A stretch of 63,631 nucleotides of DNA, counting the filler, from Intoshia linei (lineage: Eukaryota > Animalia > Orthonectida): assembly GCA_001642005.1 (NCBI GenBank). It is 9 parts of 9 records of this genome, joined end to end, with 100 filler letters (N's around TTAATTAATTAA, not from the genome) between each part and the next. Parts side by side here need not be neighbours in the genome. Positions count along the whole stretch, not along the records: positions 1 to 20,038 come from LWCA01000704.1; positions 20,139 to 43,334 come from LWCA01000569.1; 7 more parts are not named here. One strand, written 5' to 3'. Shown here one piece after another: positions 13,601-25,704 of this stretch (position 1 is the stretch's first letter; the number at the start of each line of letters is the position of its first letter). Both the position numbers and the translations under genes were made by a program. Under the pieces are notes generated by a model, which did no database searches, was not told the origin of the DNA, and saw only the letters and a program-made list of their open reading frames with translations.

Positions 13601-16600
13601 TCGATAAAAAACTGAAAATTATAAGCACTTATTATATATAACTTTTATCAAAATTATATAATTCTAATTGTATGAATTAATTTATACTAAATTCAAATTT
13701 TGCTAGATGTACAGTAAAAGTACAATATTATCTTACTGCAAATTTCTTAACTTCAAAATTATGCAACGTTGCTGAGCTGACAATCAATTGACGATTTAAA
13801 GATTTTGTCATGACGGGAATTTTATCAAGGCATTTTTTAACCAAAGACATTTTTGCAAAATCTGAAAACATTGCATCCTAAAATATTTACGTAAAATAAA
13901 AGAAGCGAATCAAAATATAGTATAAAACATCACGGCGACTCTCCTCATCAACAGTAATCGCATTAAATTTCTAGTTAAGAACATCAAAAAGTAAAATTAA
14001 TGTATTAATTCCAATATTATAATAAATTTTTAAATTCATAAATTTTTATAGTTTAAATTTCAAATAAATCATGTATAGGAGAGCCGTGAGGGATAAAAAG
14101 TACTGCTTCATCAAGAATGAAAAATCTGCAAAATGATAAAGTAATTTTATCACGAGATATAAATGCATCTAAACGACCTGGAGTAGCAATTACAACGTCC
14201 ACTCCAATTTTTTGTAATGCAGTTTCAGCATCTGATTCATTACAACCACCAATGAGTGAAATTATTCTAAAAATATAATATACGTAAAATATTGACAAAA
14301 ATAAACATTAATCAACTCACCTTAATTTGGGTTCAGGTAGTTTACATGAAAATTTTTTCATTTCTGCGCTAATTTGTTCAGCCAATTCTCGGAAAGGCTA
14401 AATTATAATAATCAAAGAATAATACTAATTTTCATGTCTAGACCAGGGGTACTCGATTTCTCATACTGGATATTATTGTATATTTTATAATTAATACCGC
14501 AACGATTAAGCACAAAGGAGACGAATTTGATCGATTCTTGGTACTTTGAACATTTGTTCTATCATTTGAAATCATAAATTCATTATCAGCTTTCCCAATT
14601 GCAATAAAACCTGATCGTCCGTCAGAATTTGGATCGTGTGTAAAATTTCCATCAAACTTTGCTGTTACTTCAGCATTCTATAAAACATTATATATAACAT
14701 AAAAAGATTAATAAAAAATTAAATTACTTTCAATGTAACTGTAGGGAAAATACCATCCTGAACATGACTAATTTTAATAAGAAAAGCACATCCAAAATAT
14801 TTTCCATTTTTGGAAAATGCAATTTCTTTATCATCCAAATCAATAAAAATACCCATAATATCATTTTTAACAAATGCTTCACCGTAATCCAGATATTGTC
14901 TGTTGCACACTTTTTTTCCGGTAGCTCCATAACCATATCCAAAACTATCTGTTCCCAGTTCTAAAACTGCTCGATTTGTGGAAATTCCAATTCTTGACAA
15001 TCCTGAATCGTTTATGGTTATTTCAAAATAATATTTTCCTAAATAACTTTTAATTCTATTTTCGAGATAATTCAGAATGTGAATTTCAGTTATAGATTTA
15101 ATAAATATACCTTTCAACCTAACTCCCATGTTGGTTCTAATGCCTGCCCAAGATTTAGGTAAGCGGCATTGTATAACCTTTGCATTAGCATCAACAGCTA
15201 AATTATACAAATGAGAAAAAACAAAATATAATTTAATTATATTTGAAATTTCAATTGAGAATTATCGCCCAAAAATGACTATTTCATTAACGGTGAGGAC
15301 GCAGTGGGGGTTATAAAAACAATACTTTTCAAATATCTATACATTTAAGTGGAAATTAAAAATATCTGCTTTTTATACTGTGTAACAATATTTGAGAGTA
15401 GATTACTCAACTTTAAATAATAAAATACACAAGAAAAACAAAAAAAGAATATTAAAATACTATAAGAAATTTTACTTGATAGTACAGTAATTATCAAAAT
15501 ATAAATTATAGAAAAATATAAAACCAATATTTGAATGTTTATCAATCATGCTAAAGTTAAACTTTGGGTTGGGTGTTGTAATTTTTACGGTTTTTCCATC
15601 ATCCCTTATAGTTTCGTGAACAATCTGAATTGCAGGCAAACAGAAAGCCTAAATAAATATAATAATTTCAATTATTATTGTAACATTTTGTCAACTTTTT
15701 CTTAACAAAGGCGAAGAAAGTCTATATTATTTTCATGGTTTTTTTATTTAAAAAGTACAGTAAAACCCTCTGATAACGAACGTTATATATATATATATTA
15801 TATAAGTTATATATTTGTGTTCTATTGTTACGAGTGTAGGTACCGTTATCAGAAGTATATCAATTATATCAAAGTATAGTCAATTGCATATATCATTAGA
15901 AAAGGTATATTTTGATATTTTATTAAATGGTGTTCCTGAAAGTGTAGGACTAGTAGATTATAAAAAGTATATAAACTTATGTTTCTAACGGAGGGATAGG
16001 TTTTATTGATCAAAATCAATGCGCTAGCACTACGTTGAAAACTGTAAGATCTTCTGATAAAAATAGAATTATCGTGAAGTTTAATAAGCTTGTACATGGG
16101 ATGAGTGCTAATTTTGTAACTAGTATTAAAAACATGCTAGAAGGAATACAATTTAGATTGCTGTCAAGGTATGAATTTTGGGGTCGACTTCTAAGAGAAA
16201 GATTGGCTAGTGAAAGTAGTTTAATAACTACCGAGAAGATCTAAAGTGTTCCTAACAATATTAGCAAATACTCACCCCTGAGTTTATTACATTACATTTT
16301 CTAGAGATAGTTAAGTACCTGTATGTCAAAAATGACAATTCTATGAGCAATTATTCTATACTTAAAGAGTTTATCATTGATAGCAGGACTAACGAAAACG
16401 GATACTTAAAATAGTTAGAAAGTATGTATGCTAGACCAGAGATTAAGATAGACGACATATTTGGTGATGGTGCCTCCCAGATATGATTAGCGGGATATCA
16501 CTTTATGCGAAACTTAGAGACATAAAGGTTCTCGATATTATCCTGGTTAATATATAGAGAAAATAAAAGCTAGATTTGCCATCTAAGCTGAATTCATAAT

Positions 16601-18716
16601 AATGCAGAAAGAAATAATGTAAAAAGATTAGGTTTGTTCAGTCTGGAATCAAGATTAATGATGTCGACGCAATTTATCAATAATAACTACACTCGACTTG
16701 CAAATGAAAGAGTTGATTTTAAACCTAGCTCTGCATATAGCAGGGCAAGAGTGAAAAGAATTAAAAGGTGGAAAAATGAACTTATTACTCGTGTTCATAT
16801 GGAACAATGGGAAGGCGACCCAATTCGCAATTACCATTGTAATATCATGAAGATGACGAAAAGAAACAGTAGAATAATTTACATGAATAACCAAAATATA
16901 AGAAATGATCCGAACGTAACATTTAGAAGAGATGAATACATCACAAATATACAATCAGATAAAATTTATATCATTAGAACCCTAAAATTCTAGATAACAA
17001 ACTGTATAATTCAGAATTATATTTCGAGATCGCGTTCAAAAGTTATTCAATTTTCAAAATTCTAAACCATAAATAAATTTCATCATATTAATGTAGACTT
17101 TTGCAACGAGATGTATTTTAATCACAAACGAAATTTATTATTTAAATTATATTACTTATTCAAATTTATTACAAATGAGTTGTAATTATAAAAATATAGA
17201 TGAATTTTGTAATTATGATAAATATGCGGCGTATACATAAAAAATATACATAAATTATCTCATAAAAACCAAGCAGCATCTAATTACGAAAGGCTGTATA
17301 ATTCGACGGTATCGGCAAATATTTGGAGTTCTTACATATAATGTTTGAAATTCTTAATTTTGTATTCATTTGCTACATGTTATTCAACATTGATAAAAAT
17401 ACGCAAAGGTTTGATATACCTTGAATCTAGAGTAGATCGAATAAGGACCATGGAAATTGTTATTTTTGTAATTGTAAAAAAATACAATTTCAAACTGAAA
17501 ATAAAATGGAAGGAATATCTTAACATCATCCTCGATGCCTATTTTTAATACCAATAAAAACACATTAGACATTTACAATAGTGATTTTACAAGTTCTTCA
17601 TCTATGTCTAGCTCTGATTCTGACTTTAACATGAAAGAGCCACACTTTACAAACAAATCTGAGTTAGACCATTTAATAACAAAAATAACAACTTAAAAAA
17701 GAAAATTAGATAATAATGGCAAATCAATTAAAAAAATGGAATATTATCTCAAACATTAACTCAACATCCTATAGAAAAGTGCAACATATTTAAAAAATTA
17801 AAAAAGAAGATGGAACTTCTATTGTATATTGTAGAAACATTGTGGATTTGGTAAGTTTGTTTGAAATTATCCTTTCTGATGATCGCTTGTATATCAATTG
17901 ACGGTTCAAAATCAACATTAAAATTAGTTTTGTTAGACTCTGAAATCAATCATAAAACGTTGATTTTAGCATATTCAGTAAATTGTGTTGAAAATTATAG
18001 TAATATAAAGTTGATGTTAGATTTAATCCATTATGAAGCATTTAATTGGCCATTTGTCTGTAATTTAAAAGTAGTGTGCATATTAGCCAGCATTCAAGCC
18101 GGTAATGTCAAATTACCATGTTTTATGTGTAAATTTAAAGGCACTGTAAGAGAGAACCATTACGAGTACAAAGAATGGCCGTCACGAGATTCTTGTTATA
18201 GGTAAAGAAAACAAATAATGTGCAGTTGGTACATCTTCATAAAATTAAAATCCCACCTCGTCACAGTACCTCGGTTTAGCTCAGCAATTAATATGTACGC
18301 TTCATAATAAAAGTCTTAATTCAAAAACACCGAATCCACAATTGAAAACTATCTTTGGTAATAAACTTTCAGACCAGATAATTATTAATGGGGTTTTTAC
18401 AGGCCCAGAAATTGATAAGATTTTGAAAAATTCTATGTTCCATCTATCTTTAACCGAAAACTTTAAAAGAAATTTTCAAGCTTTTAGTGATGTTGTACGT
18501 GGTTTTTTTAATATGGAGCGCAAAAAAAATTATCTTGAATTGATAGGAGTTATTCGATTTCTACAAAGCAGTTGAGTATCTGTTTAATTGCTCTATTATA
18601 TTTTCATTATAATTGTTTCATTTATTTTGAACAAAAATAATAACCCAAATATAATCGGTTATATTTTACTTCACACAGATCATTACCCCAGTTTTTCCAC
18701 TTCCAGTTTCAGCAGC
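10675..18716 (-). CDS. DDX1: ATP-dependent RNA helicase DDX1 (DEAD box with inserted SPRY domain); 5'-most exon(s) not found
   Basis: Spliced exons (approx.): 18716-18687 ([10 protein letters not shown], Walker A), 15648-15525, 15197-15111, 15038-14728 (SPRY: GKYYFE...GYGATGKK), 14677-14498, 14397-14321 (PFRELAEQ), 14266-14104 (TPGRL...ILDEA), 13877-13737 (D...SSATLH), 13359-13182 ([11 protein letters not shown]), 13135-12986, 12022-11943, 11709-11637 (TDVAARGID), 11386-11314 ([11 protein letters not shown]), 11074-10675 ([18 protein letters not shown]1-specific). Confidence 0.95.
12311..12827. mobile_element. hAT MITE in a DDX1 intron
   Basis: CATAGGTTCTTAAC...GTTAAGAACCCATG TIRs; TSD TTATAAAA/TTATAGAA. 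Confidence 0.75.
15890..16993 (+). pseudogene. decayed intronless coding sequence of unknown origin (virus-like or retroelement-like), antisense within a DDX1 intron
   Basis: ORFs 16035-16244 and 16634-16993 are linked by a long frame with only scattered stops ([16 protein letters not shown]...[32 protein letters not shown]...). Visibly more GC-rich than the intronic background. Confidence 0.45.
17175..18575 (+). mobile_element. decayed Chapaev3-like (CMC superfamily) transposase in a DDX1 intron
   Basis: Frameshifted pieces [22 protein letters not shown]...[15 protein letters not shown]...[23 protein letters not shown]...WPSR and [16 protein letters not shown]...FSDVVRGFF follow the recalled FIDSSKRSLK / DLKV / CFLC / GIFVGPQI motif order. 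Confidence 0.65.
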
Positions 18717-18858
18717 CTAAAAATTAAATATAATAAAATAATAATATAATTATATTAAGATATATAGATTTTTTTAATCGTTAAGACTACTTTTCAACGT
18801 GTATCATTTACCAAAACTTATATTTTACCATGCAAAAACATACGATTAATTCCAATGA

Positions 18859-19400
18859 ATGGAATTAATAAAAAATAAAAATTTGGAAGGCATTTCGATA
18901 ACATCCATATCAATAATATTATCAATTCCGAGATCCGCTGTGTCCAAAATTGTGTTAAAATTTTTACGATCGAGAGATGTTACTCCCAATCCATCGGGAA
19001 GAGACAATAAGTCCAAACTGAACGAAATTAATAATAATAGAAATAACAAAAATATTTGGCTTCAGCAGTGTTCCGATAAAATCCAAAAAACAATTGACAG
19101 AATAAGTGCTCATATTTTTGAATGTCATAAAGATAAATGGTGGGTAAATAGATTAAAACCAATATATGACGAAAATTTTAATTTCCCTCAGGTGGCATTT
19201 ATATAGTGATTCAATGACTGTTCGTATTCCTAAGCCGTGTAATGGAGAAGTAAGCCACAAATTGTTCTGGCATGGCAAAAATGGAACATATGAATTCAAA
19301 AAAAAAGTATCCGTAATGGCCACTTCTCCGTACTATGTCATGTTTTCTAAATCTACAGGACTTGGATTTGAACATGACTATAAAATGTTATTAAAATGGA
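18859..19400 (+). mobile_element. chimeric transposase debris: Tc1-like N-terminal HTH followed by a PIF/Harbinger-ISL2EU-like DDE fragment
   Basis: ISITSISIILSIPRSAVSKIVLKF...GRDNKSKL (HTH), then YSDSMTVRIPKP...LFWHGKNGTYEFKKKVSVMATSPYY...EHDY. Confidence 0.5.
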
Positions 19401-19613
19401 CAAAAACGAATTTAAGAGTGCTGAAGACAAGATTTCCAGTCATTATACTAACAATAGATCTCAAGGTGTATCTCAAAAAACTGACAACACAACATTCTGT
19501 ACAGTGGTAATACATCAATCCACCATGGAAGATACAAATACTACACAAGAAGATAATACTAGAAACAAAGATCAAATACAAAATAAGAAGTGAACGTCAA
19601 TTAGACAAACACA

Positions 19614-20038
19614 TCCTAACTTATATAAAATGCGACGCGATTTTTGTTTACGTATCTGTCTGTGTTACTTTTTTAAAATAACTAGCACTTTTAGAATTTT
19701 TTAAAGACCACATTTCAATTACAGTTTTTACCGGGGCGTATAATAACAAAAATTTCAACCTCCCAATATCACATCTTAAGGGTCAAAAACCCCCGTTGTC
19801 CCGCTTTTTGAAAATTAAACGAGTTGAAAAATTTAAAATAATATATACACTGATGAGGATTTTAAAATCATAAACATTATCATAAATTTAAATTTGATAA
19901 AAAATATCTTCATGGCCAAAACCACAAATTCCCTTCCCTTTTTTTTTTGAAAACAATCCTAGATTTTCAAAAAATTTACAAGTAGTAGAATTGTATCATG
20001 TTAACACACATAAAAAATTTCAATCCGAATAAGTGACG
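19614..20038 (+). mobile_element. non-autonomous Helitron family copy (5' part, cut by gap)
   Basis: A|TCCTAACTTATATAAAAT start followed by a TG/TCTG microsatellite; homologous to copies at 26793, 30955, 33970, 45169, 49372. Confidence 0.7.
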
Positions 20039-20138
20039 NNNNNNNNNNNNNNNNNNNNNNNNNNNNNNNNNNNNNNNNNNNNTTAATTAATTAANNNNNN
20101 NNNNNNNNNNNNNNNNNNNNNNNNNNNNNNNNNNNNNN
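20039..20138. other. artificial contig linker (also 43335-43434, 45069-45168, 50512-50611, 53085-53184, 57659-57758, 60375-60474, 62451-62550)
   Basis: Identical N44-TTAATTAATTAA-N44, with stops in all six frames. Confidence 0.97.
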
Positions 20139-20567
20139 TTTATAATAAAGTTACAATAAAAACGACATTACTTATGAAACGACCTAATACATGTAATACC
20201 ACTAAAAATAGTCATAAATCTTATTTTTTAGTATATTCAACAATTTTCCTTCATATTTACCCGTTATTCAAAATTTAATTTAATTAATAATTTTATTCTA
20301 CTAACGTTCAACTATCTATCAATTATCTTTAATAATCATTGAAATGGCAAGGTATTGTATCCGTCGCAACGTGGTACATACATAAGATGTTCATTTTTTG
20401 ACATTAAATTTATTTTAGTTGATATATGAAATTTTACATTATACTCATTTCCCGCTGAGCAACTTCAAACAAAGTTTTTATATAAAAATTTTTGCATTAT
20501 ACTGATTTCATATCAAATCAAACATTTTTTATATTAAAATTCTTGCAAAATCTGAAACACTCTAGTG

Positions 20568-21004
20568 CAGTGGTTTCCAAAAAAATATATTGTCGACCCC
20601 CTAACACTATACAAATATTTTCAGAGAAGATCAATTAGTACAAAATAGTGAATATGTTTATTATATTATTATAACAAAGTTTAAAAAAATGTTATCTATT
20701 AATATTAATATTACTGGTTTTATTTTAGTTATAAATCATACTTTAATATAGTTGACACCCTAGTTACTAGGGCCTACTATACAAATAATTGTAAAGTTAT
20801 GATTGTTCTTTTTTGTCTTATTGTCTCGCAAGGATTAATAACATTTAAATTTATTATAATCCAAAATTAATCCGAATTTCAAGAATATATTAATTAAATA
20901 TCAAATACTCAATCAAATTAATGTTAACAATTCTAATTCAATTTTAAAATTTTTCTTAAATCTGCGACCCCTCCGACTCTGTAAGCCACCATTTGGAAAT
21001 ACTG
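20568..21004. mobile_element. Buster/Charlie-type hAT MITE
   Basis: CAGTGGTTTCCAAA...TTTGGAAATACTG ends; TSD CTCTAGTG/CCCTAGTG. Confidence 0.7.
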
Positions 21005-21523
21005 CCCTAGTGTACTATGTATTATAAAATTATAATTTTATAAATAATTTTTTGTATATTGGTCAAAATTCTTGGGGCTACATCTAGTGATTGTGCTCGG
21101 GAAAAATACTGAGACAATATTCCCGGGATGTTTATGATTTCCCGAAAAAATTGTTGAACAAATTAAAAAATAATTAATTAATCTAGCAACGGGGAAGCGG
21201 AGCTGATATGTAACGATTCATTGCTAATGACGGATTTTCAAAAATAGAAATAACTAAAAGTGAATATAATAGGATAATATCTATCGCATTAATTGGACTC
21301 TACTTGTATTAGATTGAATTTTTCATCATTTCATATTACATGAATAATTTTTTGTTACATTTTCCGGGAAATAACAATCACTATCTGCAGCCCTGCAACC
21401 CTCAATGACGAGCCGCCACTGAACATTAATATAATATACTGTGAAATAATTAAGAAATGTTCCAACATTACCAATAAAACATTATAGTAAAAATACAAGT
21501 ACAATAAATTTAAAAAAAATATG

Positions 21524-24060
21524 CTATACCGTTGAAGTCTGAGGAGTTGAAATGGTATCAATTTCCATTGAATCGATGCTTTTCTGTGAGTCTAATTATT
21601 TGTATAATAATACACGTCGTACTACTGTTATACCAGAGGTGTTCACGATATTTTATACAAAAAATGTCAAATTTGATTGGTCGCAAGAACCACCATTAAA
21701 TAAAAAATTGACCAGAAGATAAAAATCTATTTTTAACAAAAATTAAGAAAAGTCTCTTACTTAACATAAATACATATACAATAAAATTTAAAATAAATAA
21801 ACTGAAATTAAAACTTTTTGACATGGAGGCCGGAGTAACTAAAAAAATCCGCGGGCCAGATGCATAATATACATGGCAGTATGTCAAATTACGATTTAAA
21901 ATTTCAGTTAATGTTGGTGGTCACTGTTGTAAAATACACTTATAATATATTTACATTAATAACCTAGTTTTTCTATTAACTTCCTATTTCGTAATTAATG
22001 TTTGCACTTTGATGAAATACCCTATTTATAATAATTATGAGCGTTCATTTCATCAAGTCAGAATTTAAATTATGCACAATTAATAACATAAAAATAATTT
22101 TTAAAAAAGTGAACTATGTAAAATTTACATTATAAATGCGTTTGAACAACCCTGATATAAATTATTTATTATATAATGATAATATTCTTAAACGTTGTTA
22201 GATTATAGCTCATTAATTCTAAATAACATCTGATATTTAATTAAATTAGCTACTGTTTTTATTAAGGTATTTTTGTTGTTAAAAAAAATTAACCATGATA
22301 TGTGGTATTATAATATTATAATGATAATTATATCCAAATACAAACATGTATATTGAATATTCAAAACAAACCCTATATAAAATACCTTTTAAAGACAACT
22401 GTAAGGCATAAATAAGTTGTTGTTCATCTGACATGGATTCAATATCTAAGGATTCTGGATTTAATAATACTGATTCTGTATTGCCTGCTTGGTGATCATT
22501 TGACGTTGAATTTGTAATGGCATTTAAATCTATAAATCAGTTAAAATGGAAATTTCAGACAAACCAGAAGTCCCACCAGATTGCACTGTATCGGTTTGGT
22601 GATCTTGCATTGACATTTTGAGAGCCTATTGAAAATTTAAAGAAAATTAATAAAAGTCACATCTGAACTGTGTTCATTGAACACTAATTAAATTTCAGAC
22701 CAGTTCACCTTAAAATACAAAAATGTGAATAATTTTTATGGAGTCAAAGGAAGTACATAAAAATTTTTTATTACTTAAATATTTATGGTACATTGTTGAT
22801 TATGATAAATAAAAAAAATGCACCCATAATTACATAGTACACGTTCATATTATTTTTAATGTAAACCTATTTACAAAGAGATTGATGTTAATGTTCAGCA
22901 GATTTGACTGTATCTATAAAAATTACTAAAGCTAATTCCGGATCAATACTTGGATCTACACCAAATTCAAAGTTGGAAGAAGACATTATAGATGAATCGT
23001 TCAACATGGCAGAGTTTTTAATTTGATCAATCAAAACAGAACCTCTAGAAACATTCACCAAATTTGAACTGAAAATAATCACAATAAAAATAATAATGTA
23101 GAGCAGTGGTTGTCAAGATTTTGCGGGACACCATCTAACTCTCAAACACTAATTCATTATACTGATACGTAAGATTTAATGATTAGTTAATAATAAATGA
23201 ATTGTGAGGTAATATTGACTTCAATTACACTACACAAACTCTAGTCATCCACCTTGAGAACCACTAATTTTATAAAATGGTATATTATATATACCCAGTT
23301 CCAGATTTTCCATTGATAGCATCAATGAAAATTTCAAGTTTGGATTTGTTTAACTCCTAAATAAAATTTATTGAATTATAAAAATTTTACCTCTTCACCA
23401 AAGTTTACAACATCGACATCTACTTTTTCTTTGCGAAACTTTTTAGCAAGATCTCTGAGCTATATTTTTAAATAATTTTATATTAATTTTACCTCCTTAT
23501 TGGTGCATTCTATAGGGCTTGCTACAAAAGCAATAATGCGCATTTTATGCTTAGTAGATGTTCTATGTTTCAAAACAAGCTATACATAAATATAGTTTAT
23601 TAAATGTTAACTAACATGTGCCGTCCGCAAAGCTATATCAAATTTTTGCTTTTCTTCAGAAATTTTGAGCATATCCAATTGCGAAATTATAATGTTAATA
23701 TCAGTAGTTAATGTCATTATTACATTTGGTCTAATTTATCTATATAAAAAATTAGATTAACATCGACATACTTCATTGTTAATAATCCAATGTTATTTTC
23801 CGGGTTTCCGTTCATTTTTGACTGACAAAGCATCATAGAAGCGTCTATTTGTGCAGCCATTCTAGAAATTATCATCTATTTATGAAATTCATTGTAACCT
23901 GTTAGGTGTAAAATCTCCATTTCTTAGATAATCTGAAGTATCCAAGCTAAAAATGATATATTATTAGGTCCGCCACAAAATAAAAAATTTATAGAACTTC
24001 ATGAAATAAAATTTATAATATGAATCTAATATACCATATAACTGTACTTTCCAATGTCAT
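21524..24060 (-). CDS. PSMD4: 26S proteasome ubiquitin receptor Rpn10/S5a (vWA domain plus UIMs), 11 exons, ~303 aa
   Basis: Exons 24060-24035, 23946-23899, 23861-23772, 23730-23616, 23579-23493, 23459-23391, 23356-23295, 23068-22927, 22625-22565, 22529-22386, 21591-21524 splice in frame: [25 protein letters not shown]...NPENNIGL...AHLVLKHR...MRIIAFVASP...KEKVDVDVVNFGEE...FEFGVDPSIDPELALALKMSM...MSDEQQLIYALQLSL. The stop at 21524 is tentative because a GT donor overlaps it. Confidence 0.93.
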
Positions 24061-24863
24061 TATTCAAAATATAAAAAATCGTTACTTGCAAATTCAAAAT
24101 GAACCTTAGTTTTCTGTATTTCTCAATTTTACTTGGTTTCATAATAAACAATACTAATACACCTGTAAGAAAAACCTAAAGAACAATATCAATAATGAGC
24201 CTACACTCTGACAATAATTATGAACATAATAACACATCATACTCAACTTCATTAACACTAAAAAAACAGGATCGTACTCTCATCTCATCGAAATTGTCAA
24301 CATTATCCAGGTTCACGTGGATGATAGTAGTTTGAATCCTGATTATAATCATTAAAATTGCATTTTGTCAGAAGCGCACACAAAGAGTTGTTTGTAAACA
24401 TGGTTTTGATCATATGTTTATAAATTGAATATCTTCCAAACCTTTGGTGCAATATTATGATAGGTTTTTAAGAGTACATTTTTTCACCGAATTTTTAAAG
24501 ATTTTTATCATCAACAATATTAATATTACAATTTTGTATACCATTTTTTAATGTGAGATAACTTGGTCCTGCCATATTCCTATATATTAATAATTAATAC
24601 GATTAATCTATACCAGTGTTTCCTAACCTTTTTTACTAAATTACCCATATGATATGACTTATTATGATATTACCCACGATGTTTTTTTAACTGCACATTG
24701 GATGGTCAGGTTTTTAGAATAAGAACCATATCTATTTTTTAATAAATTACCATTTTTAAAACCCTCAACAACCCCTTTCAAAATTTTTTGTTCACAAATT
24801 GGGCCAACCCGTAACAGCCTTGGTAAATAGTAGATGTGATTTTATTTGTGAATAGGTCTAATG

Positions 24864-25275
24864 CAGTGTTTCTCAACCTTTTTTACAGTGCGGAACCCTT
24901 ATAAAATTTCCAAAAATCGCGGCACCTAAAAGAATGATCAAAAATTTTTTTTCGCATGTAGCATATATAAAACAATTTGATTTTTAATTAAAAAATTACA
25001 CTTCAAATATTGAAAACATAAATTTTTTAATAAAGATATCATTTATTATTAGCTTAACTTAATAAGTATTTACACTATGAAATTATGTTTTATATCTAAT
25101 TTTTTTGTTGATAATAAAAATATCAATTATGTAATTTCACTCATTTAAAAAAAACATTAATTAATTAATTAATATATAATTTTTAACTAATTATTTTATT
25201 AATGTAATTAAAAAAAATTAAAAATAGCTCTGTGCACCCCAAAAATATATTATGCACCCTGGTTAAGAACCACTG
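24864..25275. mobile_element. hAT MITE
   Basis: CAGTGTTTCTCAACC...GGTTAAGAACCACTG TIRs; TSD GTCTAATG/GTCTAAGA. Confidence 0.7.
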
Positions 25276-25704
25276 GTCTAAGATAATATACAAAAATATT
25301 ACAATTTGTTTACAATAAGACAATTATTGGTTTTACGGGTCGATTCTTTAAAAAATTGGCAATAGTAACAATGTTTTGATGAATTATGGAGGGGAGATTT
25401 TAATGAAATATGTGTGAATTATAGGCTTAGGGGCGATTCTAAAAAAAGTTAAGAACCCCTCCTCTAGACCCATAAAGAGATGGGTCGATCTTTATGGCAG
25501 TACGCATTGGTACGTTTTTGAACAATTATAAAATTAAATTTGCGCTTCTTTACTGAAAGCTCTTCAATGAATCAATCAATGAATCAATTATTTATAAACA
25601 TGAACCGCGTGGAAATGAATTATTATTCTAATGACATGTTTGATTCTAATATTATTTTGCGTATCTACATTTAGTGAAAATTTAATCTATATTATATAAT
25701 TTAG

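Noticed and set aside
20330-20480. Candidate first exons of DDX1 or CTL (NGKVLYPSQRG on +, LFEVAQREM on -)
   Set aside because: Similarity too weak and splice boundaries not supportable.
24100-24580. Short ORFs on both strands upstream of PSMD4 (e.g. MSLHSDNNYEH..., MAGPSYLTLKN...)
   Set aside because: Multiple stops, no recognisable homology and no consistent splice model.
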